The position numbers were made by a program, and so were the translations under genes. A stretch of DNA of 32,000 nt. It comes from Candidatus Kuenenia stuttgartensis. Lineage in GTDB: Bacteria; Planctomycetota; Brocadiia; Brocadiales; Brocadiaceae. This document shows positions 19,409 to 27,309 of this stretch, piece after piece; position 1 is the stretch's first letter; each line of letters opens with the position of its first letter. The stretch spans positions 1,830,001-1,862,000 of the forward strand of contig NZ_LT934425.1 of NCBI RefSeq assembly GCF_900232105.1. Reading direction: 5' to 3'. The notes under the pieces were generated by a model, which did no database searches, was not told the DNA's origin, and worked only from the letters and a program-made list of their open reading frames with translations.

Positions 19409-20344
19409 ATGGCGAACACTAATAAGATCCCCACTTTCTACTCAGATTTTCGAAGAAGATTGGTTAATTTTCTGGCAAAAGTTTTTTTCTCAGGTAGGTT
19501 ACAAAAAAATGATAATATGCGCATCACGAAACCCGAAACCTCGATTCCGATGAAAGATGAATCCCAAATCCCGAATTCCCGGATTCCGGTTTCCGAAGAG
19601 GAATCTCTAATCGAAATCCAAAACCCCGAAATCCTGAATGTCGAAGATCTCGCCGGTAAAAATGAACCGGTAAATACAGACATTTGTTTAGAACTCCGGA
19701 AGACGGAAATGGAACGTGATTTCAGGCAATGGTTAAATGAATTATCTGAAATCCCCCGCGTAGAATTTACGGATGATGAACCGGATATCTATTCTTTCTA
19801 TGAGGAGCTTTGTGTTCTCAGAAATGAGGTGAGAAAAGGCGGGCGGAGAAATCATGACGTTTTAACACGGTTTGGAGAAAGTCTGGCGGGTTTTCAAAAT
19901 GTCCTTGTTGATATACAAAACCGGCTGGGTCAGGCAGATGCGAGAAAAAAGGAAGAAGAACTGCTTGCAAACAAGCGCCGTTTTCTGGCAGTGATTGATG
20001 TCTTTGAACGGATGGGAAGATTAAAAGAAAGATTATATACCCCGCCGAAAAAAAAACTTTTTAAAAATTACGGTAATTGGGAAAACGTTTGGAATCGGTT
20101 CCGGGAAGGTTTTGAGATTACGTATAGTTATTTAGAAAATTTATTGAAAAATGAAGGTATTACAAAAATGGAAACGCTCGGCAGATTATTTGATCCAGGC
20201 CAAATGAATGCAGTTGCCGTTGAGTATACGGACAAACATTTGCCTCATATGGTGATAGAAGAAATATCGCCTGGTTTCTTACAGGGAGAACGAGTTATTA
20301 AACTGGCAGAGGTAAAGATATCAAAAACGCAGGGGAGGGTATAG
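19409..20344 (+). CDS. GrpE-like nucleotide exchange factor with long N-terminal extension
   Basis: C-terminus MGRLKERLYTPPKK... LLKNEGITKMETLGRLFDPGQMNAVAVEYTDKHLPHMVIEEISPGFLQGERVIKLAEVKISK resembles GrpE; placed directly before Hsp70. Confidence 0.78.
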   Translation: MANTNKIPTFYSDFRRRLVNFLAKVFFSGRLQKNDNMRITKPETSIPMKDESQIPNSRIPVSEEESLIEIQNPEILNVEDLAGKNEPVNTDICLELRKTEMERDFRQWLNELSEIPRVEFTDDEPDIYSFYEELCVLRNEVRKGGRRNHDVLTRFGESLAGFQNVLVDIQNRLGQADARKKEEELLANKRRFLAVIDVFERMGRLKERLYTPPKKKLFKNYGNWENVWNRFREGFEITYSYLENLLKNEGITKMETLGRLFDPGQMNAVAVEYTDKHLPHMVIEEISPGFLQGERVIKLAEVKISKTQGRV

Positions 20345-20345
20345 C

Positions 20346-22106
20346 ATGGAAACAATAGTTGGGATAGATCTTGGCACCACGAATTCAGAGATATCCATTT
20401 TGGAGAATGGAAAACCAAAGGTTATTCCGGTGGACGATGATCTGATTATGCCGTCATGTGTCGGCATTGATATTACAGGCAAGCTTATTGTAGGGAAAAC
20501 GGCGAAAAACCAGGCAGTTTCGAGTCCCGAATCTACAATCTTCTCCATAAAAAGAAAAATGGGCGAGGATGTCAAGGTACGTTTGGGGGAAAAGGAGTTC
20601 CGTCCCGAAGAGATATCTTCTTTCATCCTGCTTACGCTTAAAAAACACGCCGAAAAATATCTTGGCAGTGAGATTAAAAAAGCGGTTATTACCGTTCCTG
20701 CATATTTTGACGACCGCCAAAGGAATGCAACCAGGGACGCCGGACTGTTAGCCGGCCTGGATGTGGTAAGGATTATCAATGAACCTACATCTGCGGCTAT
20801 TGCATACGATGCCGGTCACCCTGAAAATCACAAGCTTCTTGTTTATGATCTGGGAGGCGGCACGTTTGATGTGTCTCTTGTCGTTGTTGAAAATGGGGTA
20901 GTAGAGGTGCTGGCAAGTCACGGCGATACCAAATTAGGCGGAGATGATTTTGATCAATTGTTGTTCAATCATGTATTGCAGGTGTTTAAAAAAGAACATG
21001 GCGTCGATTTAAATGAAGATATAAGGGCAAGAAGAAGGCTTCTTAATACCCTGGAAAAGGCAAAACGTGAGCTTTCTGACCACCCTTTTGCGAAGATTAG
21101 AGAAGAATTTATTAGTAAGGAACTGCACCTTGAAATGGAGATATCCAGGAATGATTACGAGTCCATGATACGTCCGTTGTTGCAAAAAACATTGGACTGT
21201 ATCCATATGTGCCTCAAGGATGCATCATTCATCCCGGGCGATATCGATAAGGTAATATTAGTCGGCGGTTCAACACGGACTCCTTTAGTCCACGAAATCA
21301 TTACAAAGGAGATTGGAATAGAACCGCATTATGAAATCAACCCCGACCTGATAGTATCTATGGGGGCGGCAATACAGGGGGGTATTATTGCCGGACACAA
21401 AACGCAATCCATCCTTGTGGATATCACTCCTTACACCTTTGGCACCAGCGCTGTCGGAGACTATGACGGGGCAATTCATCACAATGTGTTTGTTCCTATT
21501 ATCAAACGCAACACACCCCTTCCCGTGAGCAAAGGCGAAGTATTTGGCACTATGGTTGATAATCAGGAGGCGGTAGAGGTCAATATTTATCAGGGAGAAG
21601 AACCGCTTGCAGAGGACAACATTTTTATCGGCAATTTCATGGTTCAGGGGCTGAGCGAGGCACCCGCCGGGAATAAAATCATTTTAAACCTTGAACTGGA
21701 TATTAACGGGATTCTGAAGGTTACTGCGGTTGAAAAAAATACGGGACTCTCAAAGGAAGTCACAATGGATACCAAAGACGTTGAATCAAACTTCAACATC
21801 ATTGAGTCGCAAAAGAATGTTGCTTCGCTGTTTTCAGAGGAAGAATTTGACAGCGAAGAGTTTAAGCTTATAACGAAAGAGGATGGAGGCCATGAAGCTC
21901 CTGCAGAAGAAAGTGATGCCATTGCCAGGACTAAAGACTTGAGAAGGCGCGCCGAGAAACTTATGGACTCAATATCCCTGGAGGACGAAAATGATATTCG
22001 CAATTTACTGGAAAAGAGTGAAAAGGCTGTAAACGAACATGATCTCGTGGAGTTGTCGGAGATAAATGAATCCCTTGAAGACATTATATTTTATTTGGAG
22101 GAGTGA
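20346..22106 (+). CDS. Hsp70-family chaperone (DnaK paralog)
   Basis: IVGIDLGTTNSEISILENGKPKVIP, VPAYFDDRQRNATRDAGLLAGLDVVRIINEPTSAAIAYD, YDLGGGTFDVSLV, VILVGGSTRTPLV. Confidence 0.97.
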   Translation: METIVGIDLGTTNSEISILENGKPKVIPVDDDLIMPSCVGIDITGKLIVGKTAKNQAVSSPESTIFSIKRKMGEDVKVRLGEKEFRPEEISSFILLTLKKHAEKYLGSEIKKAVITVPAYFDDRQRNATRDAGLLAGLDVVRIINEPTSAAIAYDAGHPENHKLLVYDLGGGTFDVSLVVVENGVVEVLASHGDTKLGGDDFDQLLFNHVLQVFKKEHGVDLNEDIRARRRLLNTLEKAKRELSDHPFAKIREEFISKELHLEMEISRNDYESMIRPLLQKTLDCIHMCLKDASFIPGDIDKVILVGGSTRTPLVHEIITKEIGIEPHYEINPDLIVSMGAAIQGGIIAGHKTQSILVDITPYTFGTSAVGDYDGAIHHNVFVPIIKRNTPLPVSKGEVFGTMVDNQEAVEVNIYQGEEPLAEDNIFIGNFMVQGLSEAPAGNKIILNLELDINGILKVTAVEKNTGLSKEVTMDTKDVESNFNIIESQKNVASLFSEEEFDSEEFKLITKEDGGHEAPAEESDAIARTKDLRRRAEKLMDSISLEDENDIRNLLEKSEKAVNEHDLVELSEINESLEDIIFYLEE

Positions 22107-22417
22107 TGGAGATTCAATGTCCTTCCTGCAAAAAGATAAATCCGGACTCACCGGAATGTGTAAGGTGCGGCTGTGAACTGGAATTATTAAAAACAATCCG
22201 GCAGGCTGCAGAAAAGGAAGTTTCACTGGGCAGGGAAAAGCTGGAAACGGGGAATGCAGGAAAGGCGCTAGACCATGCTACACGGTCATGGCGTTTAAAA
22301 AAATCAACCAATGCCGCAAGGCTGGCATTTCTGGCAAATGTTGCAGAAAAAAGATATGAGGACGCCATGCAATGGCATTGCCGGACCAAAAATCACTGCC
22401 ATAGTGAAGAAGACTAA
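22106..22417 (+). CDS. small zinc-ribbon/TPR-like protein, translationally coupled to Hsp70
   Basis: MEIQCPSCKKINPDSPECVRCGCELELLKTIRQAAEKEVSLGREKLETGNAGKALDHATRSWRLKK; two CxxC pairs; start (GTG 22103 or ATG 22106) overlaps Hsp70 TGA. Confidence 0.7.
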   Translation: MEIQCPSCKKINPDSPECVRCGCELELLKTIRQAAEKEVSLGREKLETGNAGKALDHATRSWRLKKSTNAARLAFLANVAEKRYEDAMQWHCRTKNHCHSEED

Positions 22418-22436
22418 TTCACTGATTGCGAATAGC

Positions 22437-22509
22437 GTAGGGGCGAAGCATTTACTATAAATTGTCATAAATGCGTTCATACCCAAACGGGCAAATGCTT
22501 CGCCCCTAC
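22437..22509. repeat. 73-bp palindromic element at convergent gene junction, copy A
   Basis: GTAGGGGCGAAGCATTTAC ... GCAAATGCTTCGCCCCTAC; related to 30875-30945 with core in reverse orientation. Confidence 0.85.
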
Positions 22510-24254
22510 TAAATTGTTACGATAGTTTTCCTGTAGTTCAGTAGTGTTTTTACCGCAACCCAAATAATGCCGAAAGAAAGGCCGAGAAGTACAACATCTG
22601 CAATAATAAGCGGCACATTGCCCTTTGGTATAAACTGGTGAACAAGCATTCCAACGAGCATTGTCAGCGTAGTGATGATCATAAATACCGCGGGTATTGC
22701 CGTGAGCCATAGATTCCTTCTTTTTGACAGCAGCCAGAATGAAATTATTATTAAGGTAAATGCCGCAAGAAGCTGGTTGCTCGTCCCGAAAATTAACCAT
22801 ATATTGCTTACCGTATTTTTGTATGCAAGCCCGATCATTAAACCAACCGCCATCCCCGAATTTACCCAATAATATCCAAGCATCTTCGGTGTGCGTTGAA
22901 AAACCGTTCTCCATAGTTCTTCAAAAAGATAGCGGTTTAATCTTACGGAGGTATCAAGAGTTGTAATGACAAATCCCTCTAAAAGAAGCATTCCGAAGAG
23001 GATCCCTAAAGGCAACGGCAATCCTAGCCCGATGTGAAGAGAGCGTCCGAGCGCAAGGGCAAAGGTTAATATCGGATTACATTTAAATCCTGATTCTTCA
23101 GAGGGAAATACAAGCTGTTTATACTGGACCATATCGAGTCCCATAATAACGGTAATGATAACACAAAGGGCAAGAAACGATTCCAGAAGCATCCCATAAT
23201 AGCCCACCGTATGCGCAGCGCCTTCGGATTTGATTTGTTTTGCGGTGGTGCCGCCGGCGCAAAGTGCGTGGAATCCGGAAATAGCCCCGCACGCAATAGT
23301 GATAAAAAGTCCGGGCCACAGGAAACCGAGATACAATGCACCTTCTTTCATATTATTTGCCGGGAAATTTACTTCAACACCCCGTATCCCGGATGCAATA
23401 ATTCCCAGAAAAAGCAATATCAGACCGATATAGAGAAGGTGCACATTAATAAAATCCCTCGACTGCAAAAATAACCAGACGGGTACACCGGCCGCAACGA
23501 TGGTGTACAGGGAAATGAGGAACATCCAGTGTTTTGGTTCCATGGTTATCGGCATATAGATTCCGGCGGCAACCGAAACAATACAAATAAAAATAGCGAA
23601 AAGAGCGCATTTTATGACAGAAACGTTGCGTTTAATGTAAAGATAGCCCATCAGCGGCGCAAAAACGGTGACAATAATAACCGACATCGATGCTATTCCG
23701 CCGATAAGCACCTTGCCCCCTGCTTCATCTGCCCACCGAAAGAATTTCTGGTCTTTGCTGAGACCGATATGTGTACTATCAATGATTGAAGTCAGGGCGG
23801 TTGCGGATGCGTTGAGAAATGTTGCATTAACCAGAACCAGCATGACGATGGCGAAGGAAATGATCATAACAAACGCGGCCGGGCCAAATGACTTTCTGGC
23901 GATTTCGCCAATAGATTTCCCCCCTTCCCGCACACTTATAAAGAGAGCGGAAAAATCATGGACGGCGCCGAAGAATATCCCGCCTAGTAATATCCATAAC
24001 CATGCGGGACCCCATCCGTAGATTAGTGCCATAACAGGGCCTATTATTGGCCCTGCTCCGGCAATTGCCGCGAAATGATGCGCAAAAACGATAGGGGTTG
24101 CAGTGGGCACGTAATCGCGTCCATCATTTATTTCTACCGCAGGGGTTTTTCTTCCGGAATCGACTCCCAAGGTATTTGATACGAATCTGGAGTAAAATCT
24201 ACCCGCCAGCAAAAAGCAGACAACGGAAATGCACAGAATAAAAATGGGATTCAT
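22509..24254 (-). CDS. cstA: carbon starvation protein CstA (peptide/pyruvate transporter family)
   Basis: DGRDYVPTATPIVFAHHFAAIAGAGPIIGPVMALIYGWGPAWLWILLGGIFFGAVHDF; many TM segments. Confidence 0.95.
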   Translation of the reverse strand: MNPIFILCISVVCFLLAGRFYSRFVSNTLGVDSGRKTPAVEINDGRDYVPTATPIVFAHHFAAIAGAGPIIGPVMALIYGWGPAWLWILLGGIFFGAVHDFSALFISVREGGKSIGEIARKSFGPAAFVMIISFAIVMLVLVNATFLNASATALTSIIDSTHIGLSKDQKFFRWADEAGGKVLIGGIASMSVIIVTVFAPLMGYLYIKRNVSVIKCALFAIFICIVSVAAGIYMPITMEPKHWMFLISLYTIVAAGVPVWLFLQSRDFINVHLLYIGLILLFLGIIASGIRGVEVNFPANNMKEGALYLGFLWPGLFITIACGAISGFHALCAGGTTAKQIKSEGAAHTVGYYGMLLESFLALCVIITVIMGLDMVQYKQLVFPSEESGFKCNPILTFALALGRSLHIGLGLPLPLGILFGMLLLEGFVITTLDTSVRLNRYLFEELWRTVFQRTPKMLGYYWVNSGMAVGLMIGLAYKNTVSNIWLIFGTSNQLLAAFTLIIISFWLLSKRRNLWLTAIPAVFMIITTLTMLVGMLVHQFIPKGNVPLIIADVVLLGLSFGIIWVAVKTLLNYRKTIVTI

Positions 24255-24329
24255 TGGTATGTTTTTTCGTAATATAAGTTAAAAAAATATGAGAACTACT
24301 ATTCAGGTTTTGATAATAGCATCTTTTCC

Positions 24330-24377
24330 GTAACTATTCAGCGTAAACGATACACGGCTCGTTCCCAAACCTTGTAC
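24330..24377. repeat. MITE-like element, truncated copy 3
   Basis: GTAACTATTCAGCGTAAACGATACACGGCTCGTTCCCAAACCTTGTAC; left arm plus 7 nt of core in copy-1 orientation. Confidence 0.8.
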
Positions 24378-24532
24378 GGGGTGTAAATCTTCTCAACGCG
24401 TCCTGCCACCTTTTGTAATTGCTGATAGAGCTTCTCTATACCCTCATCATAATGCTCAATAACACTCGACGGCAAGGTTACTACAAGACAAATCTTTTCT
24501 AATGCGCTTACCGCCTCGGCAAGTTCCTGCAT
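24338..24532 (-). pseudogene. DUF499-like ATP-binding protein remnant
   Basis: (RGENANKAF)MQELAEAVSALEKICLVVTLPSSVIEHYDEGIEKLYQQLQKVAGRVEKIYTP then read-through into repeat copy 3 (YKVWERAVYRLR*); resembles the ELTEAV...LVVSLP...LQKVxGRVEKVxTP segment of DUF499 proteins. Confidence 0.5.
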
Positions 24533-24542
24533 AAAGGCCTTG

Positions 24543-24815
24543 TTAGCATTTTCCCCTCTTTATCTCAATAATCCTTTGAGCTGCTTCATCTAAATCCATA
24601 TCATAAAGCACAAGCGCCTCGTCTTCGTCAAAATTTATCTCAAAAGTTTTCTCTATTTCATACATTGGCTTAGTATCTTCGATTGTATCTGGGGGATTAA
24701 CCGTTGACCACATACAACACATTTGGTGTGAGTCCGGGTTATGCTTATACTTCTTCTGATATTTTTTGTAAATTTTGTATAGCTTTGCGTATGTTTCTTT
24801 ATATTCGTTGTCCAT
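24543..24815 (-). CDS. small hypothetical protein, acidic C-terminal part
   Basis: MDNEYKETYAKLYKIYKKYQKKYKHNPDSHQMCC...IDF-like acidic FDEDEALVLYDMDLDEAAQRIIEIKRGKC; no clear family from inspection. Confidence 0.4.
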   Translation of the reverse strand: MDNEYKETYAKLYKIYKKYQKKYKHNPDSHQMCCMWSTVNPPDTIEDTKPMYEIEKTFEINFDEDEALVLYDMDLDEAAQRIIEIKRGKC

Positions 24816-24927
24816 CTTTATCCTCGTATATCTTATGACTTCCGCTCTGTCGGGAAAAGTAAAATCCGGCTCTTTCTAATGCCTTGATTGTGTCTCCTGC
24901 GGTGACTTTTGGCAACTTCTCTGTCAT
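24799..24927 (-). pseudogene. hicA: truncated HicA-like toxin
   Basis: Manual translation MTEKLPKVTAGDTIKALERAGFYFSRQSGSHKIYEDKDGQRI*; matches HicA start (Gxx[IV]xxLExxGFxxxRQxGSHxIY) but ends before the usual VPxHxxKxLxxGTLxxILKxAG part. Confidence 0.7.
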
Positions 24928-25148
24928 ACTGATACTTCCATGAGGGTCAAACTCACAGAGTCAGATTGTTGAATATCTTCACCGCTTGCGATTCTATCTT
25001 CTATATGAAGCCTTATAGCGTCTTTGATATTTTCCAATGCCTCATTATAAGTATTTCCCTGTGCATAGCAACCCTAGGATTCAGGACAAAAGGCAAAATA
25101 ACCGTCACTGTCTTTTTCGATTATTACTGAAAATTTATATGTGACCAT
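24924..25148 (-). pseudogene. hicB: HicB-like antitoxin with in-frame TAG
   Basis: Manual translation MVTYKFSVIIEKDSDGYFAFCPES*GCYAQGNTYNEALENIKDAIRLHIEDRIASGEDIQQSDSVSLTLMEVSV*; PEL/PGCYxQGDTxEEAxxNIxEAI motif of HicB with a stop at codon 25; stop overlaps HicA start. Confidence 0.8.
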
Positions 25149-25225
25149 ATGTTCGACCCCCTACATTACCGGAATTTTTCAAAAACCCAAATTATTGCCA
25201 TGAATTAATACCTTCGTACTACTAT

Positions 25226-26854
25226 CCATCAATTTCTTGTTTTTTATGCGTGTTTTTCATGCCGCCATTTCCGTAAGTGCTTTAATATCAAGGGCTGAAG
25301 CGGTCATCAGTGAACAAGAGAACTTCTGGCCTTTCTCCGTCAAAACATAGCGGTTGGCCCTCGGAACTTTGCGGATTAGACCGTGTGCCCGCAGCATCTT
25401 TATCCGTCGGGTCGTTCGTCCGGAATATTTCTTTTGCTGATCCTTGCCGGATTGTTCGGATTCCCGGTAAAGCCACTTACGCAAATCATGGTTGCGGAAT
25501 CCATTTATCGCGTTTTCGCCTTTGGACAGGAACATCAGCATCTGGTAATCATCCTGCTGCCAGGGATTCAAACCTCGATACCTCTTGCCCTCTTTGACAA
25601 CCTTGTTACAAGCGCTGCTCACCACTTCTTTCAGTTTCTCCTCTACCTGAGCCGCCGCCAAAGCATCCCCATAACGATCATTGCATTGTTGGCTCACCTC
25701 ACACCGTCGATGAAGATCGCTTACGCCCTTACGCATCTTCTGCCATGACGCCGGTTTGCCTTCATCATCATTGGGACTCCGAAAGACCTTAAAGTCCCGC
25801 GTATTATTGATCGTTGTCTCAATACGCAAGAGACTACCGCTCTTGTTATACATCTTCACTGAATTATAATTCACACTGTGCTTGACCCGTATACCTTCAT
25901 AGCGTCTTCGATAGTCGCTGATAACCTCATCAGGGGCAGCGCCTGCAAGGTTACGCCTACCCAAATACTTCATCACCGAAGAACTGTCGCAAACCCGCAT
26001 CGCATGATGAACAAACGATGGAAACAACTCCTCCAATGCCTCAACCGATTTAAACATGATGTCCGTCGCCCACTCCGTCTCATCCGCAGACCAGTAATAC
26101 TCCGGTTCCAACGGACGAAGAATCTGCGACAATGCCGGGCAACTGCCCAACGCAAGCCCGTTCAGCAGCTTCGCCCAGTCAGTCTTAAGCTGCTCATGGA
26201 GCAGAACCTGCGCAGCCGCAATATCCTCTATACGCACAAAACAGTTGCCGTCCTTAACATAATCAATACCTTGCTTCTGAAGTTGCCGCTCCAGCCAATG
26301 ACGACCATTGAGACAAATGAAAATATTAAACGGCGCCCAACTCTGGATACGAACATGACCAAAACCAAACACTGGATCGTTAAAATAATGATACACAAAG
26401 ACACACTTGCGGGGCGCCATTACCAACTCGAGCTTCTTGCTGGCCTTGTTGCCCTTGACCATCGGCGCAATACAAGGCTCTACCACACTCAACAGGCAGA
26501 TGGAACCTTCCGTAATCCTCTTATCCGCCGCGATCTGGCGAGCCAACTTCTCCTTATCAACACCGCTGCTCATCAAATACCGCACCTCGATACCCAAATC
26601 TTTCGCCCGCGATTCACAACTGTCTCGCACCTGTGCCGTAAGCCCATTGACCCAACCGGAAAAATCCTTAAGCAGAATTCTCGCTTGGTTCATGAATGTT
26701 CCCATCCCACGCTCACTGGCCAACCACCGCAATGTCCCGCGAAAACGAATCCTGTCCAGACCGCTTATTGCACCCACGATCCTGTCTCGATATAATTCCA
26801 TCAACTTATTCATAAGTAGTGTCCTCCAAATTGTCTGATTACTATTTACGAGGA
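25226..26854. mobile_element. candidate mobile unit around the 518-aa protein, bounded by TACTACTAT direct repeats
   Basis: Identical 9-mers at 25217-25225 and 26855-26863 flanking the ORF; no convincing terminal inverted repeats. Confidence 0.3.
25257..26813 (-). CDS. 518-aa conserved protein of uncharacterised, probably mobile family with C-terminal winged-helix-like region
   Basis: MNKLMELYRDRIVGAISGLDRIRFRGTLRWLASERGMGTFMNQ... APFNIFICLNGRHWLERQL ... RTTRRIKMLRAHGLIRKVPRANRYVLTEKGQKFSCSLMTASALDIKALTEM; DNA-binding-like C-terminus. Full-length and intact amid decayed neighbours. Confidence 0.5.
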   Translation of the reverse strand: MNKLMELYRDRIVGAISGLDRIRFRGTLRWLASERGMGTFMNQARILLKDFSGWVNGLTAQVRDSCESRAKDLGIEVRYLMSSGVDKEKLARQIAADKRITEGSICLLSVVEPCIAPMVKGNKASKKLELVMAPRKCVFVYHYFNDPVFGFGHVRIQSWAPFNIFICLNGRHWLERQLQKQGIDYVKDGNCFVRIEDIAAAQVLLHEQLKTDWAKLLNGLALGSCPALSQILRPLEPEYYWSADETEWATDIMFKSVEALEELFPSFVHHAMRVCDSSSVMKYLGRRNLAGAAPDEVISDYRRRYEGIRVKHSVNYNSVKMYNKSGSLLRIETTINNTRDFKVFRSPNDDEGKPASWQKMRKGVSDLHRRCEVSQQCNDRYGDALAAAQVEEKLKEVVSSACNKVVKEGKRYRGLNPWQQDDYQMLMFLSKGENAINGFRNHDLRKWLYRESEQSGKDQQKKYSGRTTRRIKMLRAHGLIRKVPRANRYVLTEKGQKFSCSLMTASALDIKALTEMAA

Positions 26855-26946
26855 TACTACTATACTTTATAATAAACTAAAAATCACCTTTTTGGTTGCG
26901 GCCAAAGGCCGCGCTAGGTTCTTCGTGTCCTCTGTAGTTTATCCTG

Positions 26947-27114
26947 CTATACGACATCATTCACTTTAAAATATTTTCTACAAATTTCTATTAATTGATT
27001 ATACAATTCTTCATTGTCACTTACACACCATTCCTTTTTGCGCTCTTCATTCATGAAATATATATTCCCATCATCCCATCCGTATAACTCTTTAAATTCT
27101 TCCTTGTTTTTCAT
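26947..27114 (-). CDS. small hypothetical protein (55 aa)
   Basis: Manual translation MKNKEEFKELYGWDDGNIYFMNEERKKEWCVSDNEELYNQLIEICRKYFKVNDVV*. Confidence 0.35.
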   Translation of the reverse strand: MKNKEEFKELYGWDDGNIYFMNEERKKEWCVSDNEELYNQLIEICRKYFKVNDVV

Positions 27115-27210
27115 GCCGTTACCATCTTTTTATTACCCACCTTACATCAACTTGTTAGATCAGATAACGAAACTGGCTTTATATCAAAAGCAAACTTGGT
27201 TGCACTCTTA

Positions 27211-27309
27211 GGCACTGTAAATAAATAAAGGTATCAAGTAGATCAATTTCATGCTCTGGAAACATGCAATCAAGGCTTCAAAGTGAGACGTTAATTTATT
27301 TACAGCGCC
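27211..27309. repeat. 99-bp inverted-repeat element (MITE or IS-end remnant)
   Basis: GGCACTGTAAATAAAT ... ATTTATTTACAGCGCC, 15/16 inverted match; flanked by TTA on both sides (possible 3-bp TSD). Confidence 0.7.

Noticed and set aside
20321-22084. Long minus-strand ORFs (152 and 146 aa) opposite Hsp70
   Set aside because: Antisense to a strongly conserved Hsp70; low-complexity Ser/Phe-rich translations.
24532-24560. Possible frameshift joining the 90-aa ORF to the DUF499-like remnant (KR+ENANKAF if one G is removed)
   Set aside because: The two parts do not obviously belong to the same protein family; a programmed or artefactual frameshift cannot be supported without homologs.
25383-26795. 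305-aa and 121-aa plus-strand ORFs opposite the 518-aa protein
   Set aside because: Lie fully within the antisense of an intact coding frame. The 305-aa one is long but has no recognisable motifs; dual coding is not supportable from sequence alone.
26898-26912. GCGGCCAAAGGCCGC perfect palindrome
   Set aside because: Short isolated 6-bp stem with 3-nt loop and no T-tract; likely part of a dispersed fragment, insufficient on its own.
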